Positions 1 to 11,721 of a DNA stretch of 64,000 nucleotides are shown one piece after another. Source of the stretch: Macrostomum lignano (Eukaryota); contig NIVC01001075.1 of assembly GCA_002269645.1 (NCBI GenBank), positions 62,001 to 126,000 on the forward strand, given 5' to 3'. A program made the translations under genes and the position numbers. Position 1 is the first letter of the stretch. Each line of letters starts with the position of its first letter. Below the pieces are notes generated by a model, which ran no database searches, was not told where the DNA came from, and saw only the letters and a program-made list of their open reading frames with translations.

Positions 1-39
1 TTTTATTCTGTTTTTGCCAGTTTAACTTTTGTTATTAGC

Positions 40-1000
40 AGCAGTAGACGGGGTAGAGATGGATAGATAGGCAGACAGGATAGAGATGGATAGATAGGCA
101 GGATAGAGATGGATAGAGAGGCAGGATAGAGATGGATAGAGAGGCAGGATAGAGATGGATAGAGAGGCAGACAGGATAGAGATGGATAGAGAGGCAGACA
201 GGATAGAGATGGATAGAGAGGCAGATAGGATAGAGATGGATAGATAGGCAGGATAGAGATGGATAGAGAGGCAGACAGGATAGAGATGGATAGAGAGGCA
301 GACAGGATAGAGATGGATAGAGAGGCAGATAGGATAGAGATGGATAGATAGGCAGGATAGAAATAGATAGAGAGGCAGACAGGATAGAGATGGATAGAGA
401 GGCAGACAGGATAGAGATGGATAGAGAGGCAGGATAGAGATGGATAGATAGGCAGACAGGATAGAGATGGATAGATAGGCAGGATAGAGATGGATAGAGA
501 GGCAGGATAGAGATGGATAGAGAGGCAGGATAGAGATGGATAGAGAGGCAGACAGGATAGAGATGGATAGAGAGGCAGACAGGATAGAGATGGATAGAGA
601 GGCAGATAGGATAGAGATATATAGATAGGCAGGATAGAGATGGATAGAGAGGCAGACAGGATAGAGATGGATAGAGAGGCAGACAGGATAGAGATGGATA
701 GAGAGGCAGATAGGATAGAGATGGATAGATAGGCAGGATAGAAATAGATAGAGAGGCAGACAGGATAGAGATGGATAGAGAGGCAGACAGGATAGAGATG
801 GATAGAGAGGCAGACAGGATAGAGATGGATAGAGAGGCAGATAGGATAGAGATGGATAGAGAGGCAGACAGGATAGAGATGGATAGAGAGGCAGACAGGA
901 TAGAGATGGATAGAGAGGCAGATAGGATAGAGATGGATAGATAGGCAGGATAGAAATAGATAGAGAGGCAGACAGGATAGAGATGGATAGAGAGGCAGAC
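40..1000. repeat. Purine-rich minisatellite, 23/27-bp unit GATAGAGATGGATAGAGAGGCAG(ACAG), intronic
   Basis: Unit repeats from near the window start to ~1000 and stops ~40 nt before the acceptor at 1039. ORFs 3..1076 and 22..1437 (-) are translations of this repeat. Confidence 0.95.
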
Positions 1001-1039
1001 GGGATGTTTTCAAAGAAACTCGCACCCCCTCCATTGCAG

Positions 1040-1305
1040 CCGGTTCGGGCATGACGGCCATGCAGCTTCCCGCCATCTCGGAGGCGGCCGGATTTCCCGG
1101 CGCGTTTCTTTACGCGCCCGGCGCCGCTGCGGGCGCGGCTCCTGTCAGCGCCGCCGACCCTGGCGCCGCGTATTTCGCCGCGGCCGCAGCCGCCGCAGCC
1201 GCCGCCGCAGCCGCCATGCCGCCGCCCCAGCTGCCGCCGCCTCCTCCGCCAGGTGCTCAATACGTTGCCGCCTCCTGCGGTGATGGCGGAGCCAACGGCA
1301 ACATT

Positions 1306-1366
<61 letters not shown>

Positions 1367-1407
1367 CAGGCGGTGGCGCGGATATGTACACCGGTTACTC
1401 CAACTGA
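1040..1407 (+). CDS. Terminal coding exon of an unidentified protein with poly-Ala, poly-Pro and poly-Gln tracts (transcription-regulator-like)
   Basis: Acceptor CCCCCTCCATTGCAG ends at 1039. One open GC-rich frame ends ...GGGADMYTGYSN-TGA; the other two frames stop early. Upstream exons lie outside the window. Confidence 0.7.
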
Positions 1408-1562
1408 CTCAATGATGTAAGGAATCGCTGACCTCACTCAACGAGTGCCTTGCCCTTTACCTTCTTCTATATTCCTCGTAAGTATGAACGAATTGGCTCT
1501 TAGATAGGTGCATGTGGATCCTAGTGGTGATGCCGCTTCTCCATCATATACTTACTGCATCC

Positions 1563-2000
1563 CACAGATGCTAAAATAACTTGATTGGCCACTCAGGCAT
1601 ATATACTTAGTAAAGCAGCTTTCTACTTTCAGTTCAGTAGCAAAGAAGAATGCATAAGCTATTTTATAAAAATAAAGGCAGCTGAAATGACTTTGATAAG
1701 TTTAGAAGCCCAAGCTTGCAGGCGTAAATAAGTTGCTAATTGGTTCAGCAGTAATGTACATTGGCCAGTCCACTGAAATGTACATGGCTAGAAGTCCGAG
1801 AAAGGCAATAAAAATTGGGGCGGGGTGGGGTAGTGTGGAAAGGCGCGGTTGGAGGGTTTAAGCTGGGGGCGGGGTAAAAGCCAATATACATTGGCTTTAA
1901 TAAAAATACACTACAATGCTCTGTTTAACTTACTACTGAACTGAAAGTAGCTTACACGCATATGCGCTGAGTGGCCCATCTAGTTATTCTAGCAGCTGTG
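1563..2000. mobile_element. MITE, copy 1 (long imperfect TIRs, CACAG/CATAG termini)
   Basis: 5' CACAGATGCTAAAATAACTTGATTGGCCACTCAG versus 3' CTGAGTGGCCCATCTAGTTATTCTAGCAGCTGTG. The internal sequence recurs at 63077-63568. Confidence 0.85.
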
Positions 2001-2799
2001 CTCAACCCTAACCTCCTTTTAGTCATTAATCTTTCCCAATTACCCATATTCTCAGCCTTGAACGTTATCTGCCTGTCCGAACTTGTCAAGTTTCTATGCG
2101 TACTGTTATAATATAATTATAATAATTGTATTACTTAGCCCTCTACTCTCTCTCTCGCTGCCAACCCTATTTGAATTAGGGTCTAAAACACCAAATAGAA
2201 AATTCATAGTTATATAGATAAGAGAGAGCATTTTCCAGTTTCTTATTAAGTAGCAACTAATTCGCGCAATTTAGACTCGGCTTAGAAGTTTATGAGAATT
2301 TTCTTCCTTCAACTTGGCTATCTCATTTCATTTATTATAATTTGTATAATTGTCTATCTTTCTATTTTGTAATGACAGACTGACAAACAAACAGCAGCAC
2401 CTATTTATTATTAGCTGCAGTGTGCAATCAATCCCTCCATATCCCCAGTTAAAACTGCTACTTAATGCTACTAATAGTAATATAAAAAGATTTGTCAATT
2501 TTCTTGTTTTTTATACTAAAAATGCAAGGTTTCATTTGCTCAGATAATCAACAGCAAGATACTAAATATTAATACTATATAATTGCTGCCGCTGCTATAT
2601 AAGGTCACTTTGTGAATGAATGCCCCTAACCCCCTACAGAGAATAAATTACATAATGACGAAATGCCAAAAGCCTATCTATTCGAAATGTCTACTTTGCA
2701 CACATTCACATATTTTCGGAGAATTCCAACTTTTATTTGAATTTCTTGCTATTATATTGACTTACTAACATGGTTAGGGCGGTTTTAAAAGACAGATGC

Positions 2800-3365
2800 T
2801 GAGAGAATAGATGGTGCGATGAAAGCTGGAGGGAAAGGAGATAAGACGTGGGGAGAAGAGATGAGGAGAGAAGAGAAGGAGATGAGAGGTGAAGGAGAGG
2901 GAAGATAGGGGTAGAGGGAGGGGAGGGGAGATGAGAGATGGGGACAGGGGAGATGAGAGGTGGGGAGGGGAGATGAGAGGTGGGGGAGGGGAGATGAGAG
3001 ATGGGGACAGGGGAGATGAGATGTGGGGAGAGATAAGATGAGAGGTAAGGGAGAGGGGAGATGAGAGATGTGAAGAGGTGGGATATGAGAGGTGGGAGAG
3101 GGGAGATGAGAGATGTGAAGAGGTGGGATATGAGAGGTGGGGGGAGATGAGAGATGGGGAGAAAGGAGATGAGAGGTGGGGAGAGGGGAAATGAGATATG
3201 GGGAGAGGTAAGATGAGGGGTGGGGGAGAGGAGAGATGAGAGTTGGAGGAGAGGGGAGATGAGAAATGAGGAGAGGGGAGATGAGATATGGGAAGAGATA
3301 AGATGAGAGGTAAGGGAGAGGGGAGATAAGAGATGTGAAGAGGTGAGATCTGAGAGGTGGGAGAG
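2800..3365. repeat. GA-rich low-complexity repeat (GAGATGAGAGGTGGG-like)
   Basis: Degenerate purine-rich units; ORFs 2733..3455 and 2774..3382 are artefacts. Confidence 0.9.
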
Positions 3366-4170
3366 GGGCGCATATTCCGCATAAGTTATGTATAAGATAA
3401 TAGCTTTATAATGCACTATAATAACTTCACTTACGCCAAACTGCATGGATTTCAATGAGCAGGACGATTAGCAAAATTCCAAATGCCATAAACAAACGTA
3501 TACATGTACAGTACTGGAAAACTACTTAAGGCACACACAAGCTGACTAGCTCGAGCAGGCTTTAACCACTTTTCCACTCGTGCTATACGTCGATCTTGAC
3601 GAAATCGATTTGTCGTTCGACCAATTATTTATGGATATGGAGCCAGCTCAAGATGCTTGATAATAATACTGACGGCTGAAGATTTACAACGACACCTGGA
3701 TGACATATAAAGGCATCTCGTTCCCAGGCTCGACTTATGGCTGAGACTCCTCAGTGATGGCACTATCCCTAGTTTTGTCTCTGGTTGTCTCCAGCTCTCA
3801 ACAGATTGACGTTCGCGTTGAACCCTTTTGGATCGACAGGTCCAGGATACCGTACCACCTGCTGAGAAAAACAAACGTTCTGTCGACAAGGTGGGGATTG
3901 TCGGTGAGAGGGTTGTGGTGTTGTTCAAGTGATTGTATTAAAAAATTCGATGAACCTTGGTTGAAGCGAATTGATCAAACTGTTATTTGCTATTATCTTG
4001 ATTATTTGCTATTTTGTACGAGCTATTAAATATATGTTTGCCTTCCTGAAGACACTTTTGCTTTACGTTTCTTACGGACCATTGTGCCTAGTTTCGTTTG
4101 GGCCACAAACGATTGCGTCGACGATTGCATCAGATGTGCCAGCAAGCCCATTATCTATATAATGGTCCTG

Positions 4171-5000
4171 ACAGCAAGCCCATTTTCTAGATAATGGTCC
4201 AGTGATACTTGAGTGCGGCCATAGACAAGCCCATTTTCTAGATAATGGTCCAGTGATACTTGAGTGCGGCCATAGACAAGCCCATTTTCTAGATAATGGT
4301 CCAGTGATACTTGAGTGCGGCCATAGACAAGCCCATTTTCTAGATAATGGTCCAGTGATACTTGAGTGCGGCCATAGACAAGCCCATTTTCTAGATAATG
4401 GTCCAGTGATACTTGAGTGCGGCCATAGACAAGCCCATTTTCTAGATAATGGTCCAGTGATACTTGAGTGCGGCCATAGACAAGCCCATTTTCTAGATAA
4501 TGGTCCAGTGATACTTGAGTGCGGCCATAGACAAGCCCATTTTCTAGATAATGGTCCAGTGATACTTGAGTGCGGCCATAGACAAGCCCATTTTCTAGAT
4601 AATGGTCCAGTGATACTTGAGTGCGGCCATAGACAAGCCCATTTTCTAGATAATGGTCCAGTGATACTTGAGTGCGGCCATAGACAAGCCCATTTTCTAG
4701 ATAATGGTCCAGTGATACTTGAGTGCGGCCATAGACAAGCCCATTTTCTAGATAATGGTCCAGTGATACTTGAGTGCGGCCATAGACAAGCCCATTTTCT
4801 AGATAATGGTCCAGTGATACTTGAGTGCGGCCATAGACAAGCCCATTTTCTAGATAATGGTCCAGTGATACTTGAGTGCGGCCATAGACAAGCCCATTTT
4901 CTAGATAATGGTCCAGTGATACTTGAGTGCGGCCATAGACAAGCCCATTTTCTAGATAATGGTCCAGTGATACTTGAGTGCGGCCATAGACAAGCCCATT
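4171..5000. repeat. Homogeneous 51-bp tandem array, ~16 copies
   Basis: Unit GACAAGCCCATTTTCTAGATAATGGTCCAGTGATACTTGAGTGCGGCCATA; translates as a 17-aa repeat. Confidence 0.97.
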
Positions 5001-5872
5001 CCCGAAAAATAACGGACCATTATACGAGCTTTTTTTGGCGTAAGTGGAGTTTACTTACTCAAAAAACTGCACACAGAGAAAAGCCATAGACAAAATGGGG
5101 CATTGAGTTTTGGATAATCTGGTTGTGATAGTCGATAAAGCAAATCTAATATATTTTCACTCAGAAACTCAAAAGATTATCCTGTGTAAAAAATCGATTC
5201 ATTTAAATTGAGGCTGTCACATTGGACGATGGCAATGGACGATATAATGAGATTAATCTGTCAAAAAGTCAATTAATTGATAAGACAATTAGGTCAGATT
5301 AGCACAGTCATTAGCTTATCAGTAGAGACAATAAAATAAGAAGTGTACAGAACACATCACTGATTTTAAAAAAGCAATATATCAATCTAAATGAAGTGAG
5401 AACAGAAGCATACATTCGAGGGTATGTACAGAGTAAAAAGGTAAAAAAGTTGAAAGTAATAATTAAAAAACAGACAATATACCAAATAAAATATCCATCA
5501 CTCAGTAAGAATCATTCTATCGGATCAATATAAAATCAATAAAAACGGATTATTCATGGAAAATGGTTTTGTTAATCATTTATGATTTGAGCAGCGCAGA
5601 TAGATCTGGATATAAAGGTCGCTTCATTAATGTCTATTGTTTAGGTTATAATATCGCTTTTTTGGCAGCAGTAGGTTTAGTCTGGCCCATAGACATAAAG
5701 CTCCAAAAATGTCTTGAAAACTAAATGAGAGAGAGAGAGTCAAGTGACAGGGGTTGCTTTGTCCTTTGTGCCGAGGTCTATGCCCGAACTATCAACTTGG
5801 TTGCCTTTTTCCGTCTATGTCTATGGGCAAGACCGATTCTACATGTACTTCTGCCAAGTGTGGCCAATAGCA

Positions 5873-6508
5873 CAGGGTTCGGCGAATCCGGCCTTCGGGT
5901 CCGTTGAAATTTCACAATAGCAATCCGGACCGCTCAATATTCATGTTTCTTTTCAGCTGTTTCTTCTCTCTCCCTTCTCCTCTCTTGTTTCCTCTCTCCT
6001 CCCCTCTCTCCTTATCCCCTCTCTTCTCCCCCCTCTCCTCTTACCTCTCCTCACTTCCCCTTCCCCTCTTCTCTCCCCCTTCCCCTCTTCTCCCCCTTCC
6101 CCTCTTCTCTCCCCTTCCCCTCTTCTCTCCCCCTTCCCCTCTTCTCTTCCCCTTCCCCTCTTCTCTCCCCCTTCCCCTCTTCTCCCCCTTCCCCTCTTCT
6201 CTCCCCTTCCCCTCTTCTCTTCCCCTTCCCCTCTTCTCTCCCCCTTCCCCTCTTCTCTCCCCTTCCCCTCTTCTCTCCCCCTTCCCCTCTTCTCTCCCCC
6301 TTCCCCTCTTCTCTCCCCCTTCCCCTCTTCTCTCCCCCTTCCCTCTCTCCTCTCCCTCTTCTCTAAACTTATCTTCTGCCTTATCTTTCATCCTATCTCT
6401 CGTCTCTCCTCCCGAGAGCTCGTAATCCCTCTCCTTTTCTTTTCTTTCTATAAAGCTGATTTCTTTAAATCTGGCCCTCGGGGTAAATTGTAAGTTTGCC
6501 GAACCCTA
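5873..6508. mobile_element. hAT-like MITE with an internal CT-rich microsatellite (~5960-6440)
   Basis: TIRs CAGGGTTCGGCGAA / TTTGCCGAACCCTA. The 8-nt flanks CAATAGCA / TTTTAGCA match only partly. A related copy lies near 54370-54673. Confidence 0.6.
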
Positions 6509-6627
6509 TTTTAGCATCTTACTGCAATATCTGCGTGCATAGACAATAGCAATTAAAAATCACAATGCAGCTGTCTTATGTTAATCTGGTTAATCTAAAA
6601 ATTGATAAAATCTAGAAAACAATCTGA

Positions 6628-7227
6628 TCAAAGCGGCAGCTGCCAGAATCCGCAACAGGCGATGCTGTAAGCGGTGAGGTCTGGGAACAGCGCCGCGGAT
6701 CTGTTAGGATTGTCCGGCGCCATCTGTTGCAATTGGCGCCAATAGCGCCAGAGCGCCAATCGGGACAGGCGCGTCAGACTGGCTGGCTGATTGAGTCCAG
6801 CCTCCCATTCTGCAGCAAATAATAATTTAGCGCAGCGGCGGCCAGCCGGCGCCAGGCTGCTAGTTGGCGCCGCGGCGCCAGGCGCCAGGTGTGTCGGATT
6901 GGCGCCGAATTCCAACAGGACGCGCGCAACTTCGGCGTGATCGCGCCTGAGCGCAATGTGCAGCGCCGTGCAGCCCAGATGGCCGGCATCGACGTTGGCA
7001 CCGCTACGGAGCAGCGCCGCGGCGGCGTCGGGCCGGTTGTACAGCGCCGCCAAATGCAGCGGCGTCATGCGCTGGGCGTTGCGACTGCCGGGCCATTGGC
7101 CGGCCGCCAGCAGCCGGCACACTTCATCCGGACGGTTCGCCTTCACCGCCAAGTGCAGCGGCGTGTCGGAACGAAACGACGCCGGCGCCGGCGGTGCGAG
7201 CGGCGGCGATGCCGGAGCCTGCGGCGC
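6628..7227 (-). CDS. Ankyrin-repeat SOCS-box (ASB family) coding exon lacking its own upstream ATG
   Basis: Acceptor TCAAACTTTCAG, then 200 codons in phase 0: APQAPASPP...DTPLHLAVKAN..MTPLHLAALYN..CTALHIALRRD (3 ankyrin repeats), SOCS BC-box PASLTRLSRLAL, stop at 6628. An in-frame TAA lies just upstream of the acceptor. Confidence 0.8.
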   Translation of the reverse strand, partial: APQAPASPPLAPPAPASFRSDTPLHLAVKANRPDEVCRLLAAGQWPGSRNAQRMTPLHLAALYNRPDAAAALLRSGANVDAGHLGCTALHIALRRDHAEVARVLLEFGANPTHLAPGAAAPTSSLAPAGRRCAKLLFAAEWEAGLNQPASLTRLSRLALWRYWRQLQQMAPDNPNRSAALFPDLTAYSIACCGFWQLPL

Positions 7228-7271
7228 CTGAAAGTTTGAGTTCGATTGGAAAGTCCTCGAAGGTCCTTGTT

Positions 7272-7680
7272 ATCCTTCAGGACACCCGCTGTCGCTTCAG
7301 GGTTAGAGTGGCTAATCCTTCAGGCAGCCCGATTCCGCTTCAGGGGAAGAGTGGCTAATCCTTCAGGCAGCCCGATTCCGCTTCAGGGGAAGAGTGGCTA
7401 ATCCTTCAGGCCAGCCCGTTTCCGCTTCAGGGGAAGAGTGGCTAATCCTTCAGGCAGCCCGCTTCCGCTTCAGGGGGAGAGTGGCTAATCCTTCAAGCAA
7501 CCCGCTTCCGCTTCAGGGGAAGAGTGGCTAATCCTTCAAGCAACTCGCTTCCGCTTCAGGGGAAGAGTGGCTAATCCTTCAGGCAGCCCGCTTCCGCTTC
7601 AGGGGAAAAGTCGCTAATCCTTCAGGCCAGCCCGTTTCCGCTTCAGGATTAGAGTCGCTAGTCCTTCAGGACAGCCCGCT
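7272..7680. repeat. 43-bp minisatellite, ~9 copies
   Basis: Unit CTTCAGGCAGCCCGCTTCCGCTTCAGGGGAAGAGTGGCTAATC. Confidence 0.92.
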
Positions 7681-8039
7681 CCTAACCTCTTAACTTTCAA
7701 TCTTTCAGGCAAGATGCAAATAAAAGTACTTTTGAGTACACATGCCAATCACAGAAAAAGCAAAAAATATGAATGAAATCTTTTATTTGAAGAGCCAGTG
7801 TTCTAAATATGTTACTTGAAGTAGTTTAATGTTATAATGCCAATATCGATTGTAAAAATGCTCGAAATTCTATAGAACTATATGGAGGCTGTACTGATGC
7901 TTAATGACACAAAACAATGTTTCGAAATATGTACAAGAATGAAAATGACTATGAAACAGTTTACAGATATCATATATAGGCGAAAAAGGCAAAAAATCTT
8001 TCATGCCCTATGAGAAATCGAGTTTGAAATCCTACAAGA

Positions 8040-8908
8040 CTCCAAGGAATCTAACAGGATTCCGTATATCCCTATAGAATTCCGTTAATCCCTAGAATAT
8101 TCCGATAATCCTTACATGATTCTGACAATCCCTACAGGATTCTAAAAATCCCTACAGGATTATGTTAATCCCTGCAGGATTCTGTTAATCTCTACAGGAT
8201 TCCGATAATCCTCATCAAGATTCCGATAATCCCTTCAGGATTCCGATAATCCCCTTCAGAATTCCGATAATCCCTTTCAGGATTCCGATAATTCCTTCAG
8301 GATTCCGATAATCCCTACAGGATTCCGTTAATCCCTACAGGATTCCGATAATCCCTACAGGATTCCGATAATCCCTACAGGATTCCGATAATCCCAACAG
8401 GATTCCGATAATCCTCATCAAGATTCCGATAATCCCTTCAGGATTCCGATAATCCCCTTCAGAATTCCGATAATCCCTTTCAGGATTCCGATAATTCCTT
8501 CAGGATTCCGATAATCCCTACAAGATTCTGTTAATCCCTTCATGTTTCCGATAATCCCTACAAGATTCTGTTAATCCCTTCAGGATTCCGAAAATCCCTT
8601 CAGGATTCAGATAATCCTTTTCAGGATCACGATAATCCTTTCAGGATTCCAATAATCCCTACAGAATTCCGATAATCCCTACAGGATTCCGATAATCCCT
8701 ACAGGATTCCGATAATCCCAACAGAATTCCGATAATCCTTACAGGATTCCGATAATCCCTTCAGGATTTAGATTATCCCAACAGAATTCCGATAATCCCT
8801 ACAGGATTCCGATAATCCCTACAGGATTCCGATAATCCCAACAGAATTCCGATAATCCCTTCAGGATTTAGATAATCCCTACAGGATTCCGATAATCCCT
8901 ACAGGATT
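8040..8908. repeat. 20-bp minisatellite CAGGATTCCGATAATCCCTA
   Basis: ~40 degenerate copies, each with a GGATT..AATCC inverted stem. The array ends next to a B-box at 8916-8926. Confidence 0.92.
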
Positions 8909-9013
8909 GTCCATGGGTTCGAATCCGTGCAGGCGGATAAATTTGGGGCTCGGGGAGCGTGTAACTTTAAGATTTCGTATCTCTAAATGAATTGATTCAG
9001 CAAGGCCGACTGG

Positions 9014-10645
9014 TCAGGCTGGCAGCTGGGCGGCGGGCAGTCGGCAGCAGACGTAGTTCAGCAAGCACGCTGGCAGACTCCGCAGCAGGGCTTCGCACAG
9101 CTCCGGCCCGCTGCCGCCGCGCCTCAAATTTTGCCACCGAAGCCACAGCGCCCGCATCGACAGACGTCGAAGACTCGGCACCAAACTGGCGGCCTCCTCG
9201 GCGGCAGCGAGCAGCTCGGCGGCCTCCGAGCCGGGTGCCGCCATCTGCCGGGGCCGCCGGCCGTCGCTGGCCGCTAGGCGGGGGTCGGCGCCGAAGGCCA
9301 GCAGGACGCGAATGACGGACGGTCGGGCCTGCCTGGCGGCCACGTGCAGCGGAGTGGTGTGCCGGCAGGGTGAGTCCAGACGGGCGCCGGAGCGGGCCAG
9401 CACCAGCGCGGCTGCGGGCCGGCCGTGCCAGGCTGCGTAGTGCAGCGGCGCGCCCAGGTGACCATCGAATTTGTCAGGAGCGGCGCCGCGGTCCAGGAGC
9501 AGCTGGCGATGATGAGGAGGCGGAGCGGTGATACTGAGTAGTCACCATTCACCCACCATCATTTACCAATCGCTCACTCATCATTCACTATTCAGTCAAG
9601 ATTCAGTCAAGATTCACCATTCACCCACTCTAATTCACTTTTCACCAACTCAACTTCACCATTCACCGACTCTAATCTACTATTCACCCACCCAACTTCA
9701 CCACTCTAATTCACTATTCACCCACCCAACTTCACCACTCTAATTCACTATTCACCCACCCAACTTCACCACTCTAATTCACTATTCACACACTCAACTT
9801 CACCACTCTAATTCACTATTCACACACTCAACTTCACCACTCTAATTCACTCTTCACCAACTCAACTTCACCATTCACCGACTTCTAATTTACTATTCAC
9901 CCACCCAACTTCACCACTTGAATTCGCTATTCACACACTCAATTTCACCATTCACACACTCAACTTTACCATTCACCCTCTCTAATTCACTATTCATCCA
10001 CCCAACTTCACCATTCACCCACACTAATTCACCATTCACCCACTCAACTTCACCATTCACCCACTCAATTACCCAGTCGAATTCAACCTTCACACACTCT
10101 AATTCACCATTCACCCACCATCATTCACCATTCACTCACCATCATTCACCATTCACCCACCATCATTCACCATTCACTCACCATCATTCACCATTCACCC
10201 ACCATCATTCACCATTCACCTATCATTCACCATTCACCCACCCGCTCACCTGCAGAGCGGCAGCATGCCCAGCGGCGGCAGCCTCATGCGCCGGGCCAGT
10301 CAGGGCGAATCGCGGTGAAATCCAGGCGCCCCGATCGAGCAGCAGGCGGACCAACGCCGAGCATCCGCTGGCAGCGGCATCGCACAGCGGTGTCGCGCCG
10401 TCGATGTTCTCCCGGTTGACGCCGGCCCCGTTGGCCAGCAGGTAGCGAGCGGCCTCAAGGTTGCCGGCCTGGCAGGCCAGGTGCAGCGCCGTGTTGCCGT
10501 CGGCGTCGCAATCGTCGATGTGCCGGTCGCCGTCGATCAGTGGCAGCAGCCGGGAGCGGTCGGCTGCGTCGGTGGCCATCGCGTGGTCAAGCAGGACTCC
10601 GGCGGTGGACTCCCGGCCGTAGAGGGCCGGCACGCAGCCAGACAT
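9014..10645 (-). CDS. ASB13: ASB13-like ankyrin repeat and SOCS box protein, 2 exons (10250-10645, 9014-9502), ~294 aa
   Basis: GNTALHLACQAG, GATPLCDAAASG, GPAHEAAAAG, GAPLHYAAWHG, TTPLHVAARQ ankyrin repeats; SOCS box VPSLRRLSMRAL...LRSLPACLLNYV. Phase-0 GT-AG intron joins AALQ|LLLDRGA. The subfamily call is from recalled similarity to ASB5/9/11/13. Confidence 0.85.
9530..10245. repeat. Intronic CATTCACC-rich minisatellite in the ASB13-like intron
   Basis: Degenerate CCATCATTCACCATTCAC / CTCTAATTCACTATTCAC units fill the intron. Confidence 0.9.
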
Positions 10646-10714
10646 TGAGGACTCCGACTGAGACGAGGCTGAGACTATTGACTACTGCTGAAGCTGTGAT
10701 AAGAGGCTTGGTTT

Positions 10715-11245
10715 AGGCTCAAGATACTGGATCTCACCATGAGACTAAGCTCTAGATACTGGATCTCACCATGAGACTAAGCTCTAGATACTGGATCTCA
10801 CCCCTGAGACTAAGCTCCAGATACTGGATCTCACCCCTGAGACTAAGCTCAAGATAATGGATCTCACGCCTGAGACTAAGCTCTAGATACTGGATCTCAC
10901 CCCCGAGACTAAGCTCCAGATACTGGATCTCACCCCTGAGACTAAGCTCAAGATACTGGATCTCACGCCTGAGACTAAACTGAAGATATTGGATATCATC
11001 CCTAAGACTAAGCTCTAGATACTGGATCTCACCCCCGAAACTAAGCTCTAGATACTGGATCTCACTTTAAGACTAAGCTCTTAATACTGATCTCACCCCT
11101 GAGACTAAGCTCTAGATACTGATCTCACCCCTGAGACTAAGCTCTAGATACTGATCTCACCCCTGAGACTAAGCTCTAGATACTGGATCTCACTTTGAGA
11201 CTAAGCTCCAGATACTGGATCTCACCCCTGAGACTAAGCTCAAGA
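10715..11245. repeat. 33-bp minisatellite, ~16 copies
   Basis: Unit GAGACTAAGCTCTAGATACTGGATCTCACCCCT. Confidence 0.93.
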
Positions 11246-11721
11246 ATTTGAATCTGACTATGAAACAAATAAAAATGTAATAGATCCTCCCCATTGACAT
11301 GAACTTAGAGACAAACAGATCATTCTAGTCAGCAATTTTAAACAATAGGTTGCCAAATTTAGCAGCACAATTATTTTTTATGTTACATATATAATTATAC
11401 AGTTTGTTAAGATTGCTAGACTGGTCATTAAAAACTATGATAAGAAGATTAAGCGACAAAGAATAATTATTCTGACAAAGGGACTAGGAAGGGCTAAGTG
11501 TGGCTTCAGACCGCAAAAAGTCACTTCCAAAATGAGAAAAAATTGACACTGTCACCAAAGAAGAGATTTCCTTAAAAGTATAAAAAATATAATTATCCCA
11601 TCACTCAGAAAACTTTTAGCAATTTTCGGAAAAATCACCCACTTTTTGAATACTCACTCGTTCACTAAGGTATTTGTTCAATGTTCAACCACTATTGTTC
11701 ACCCAACTATCCTTCAACTGA

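Noticed and set aside
3-1437. Long minus-strand ORFs (357 and 471 aa)
   Set aside because: Translations of the purine minisatellite and the antisense of the real exon.
3629-3928. 99-aa minus-strand ORF behind an acceptor-like TTTTTCTCAG
   Set aside because: No recognisable domain and no phase-linked upstream exon; may be UTR or a decayed repeat.
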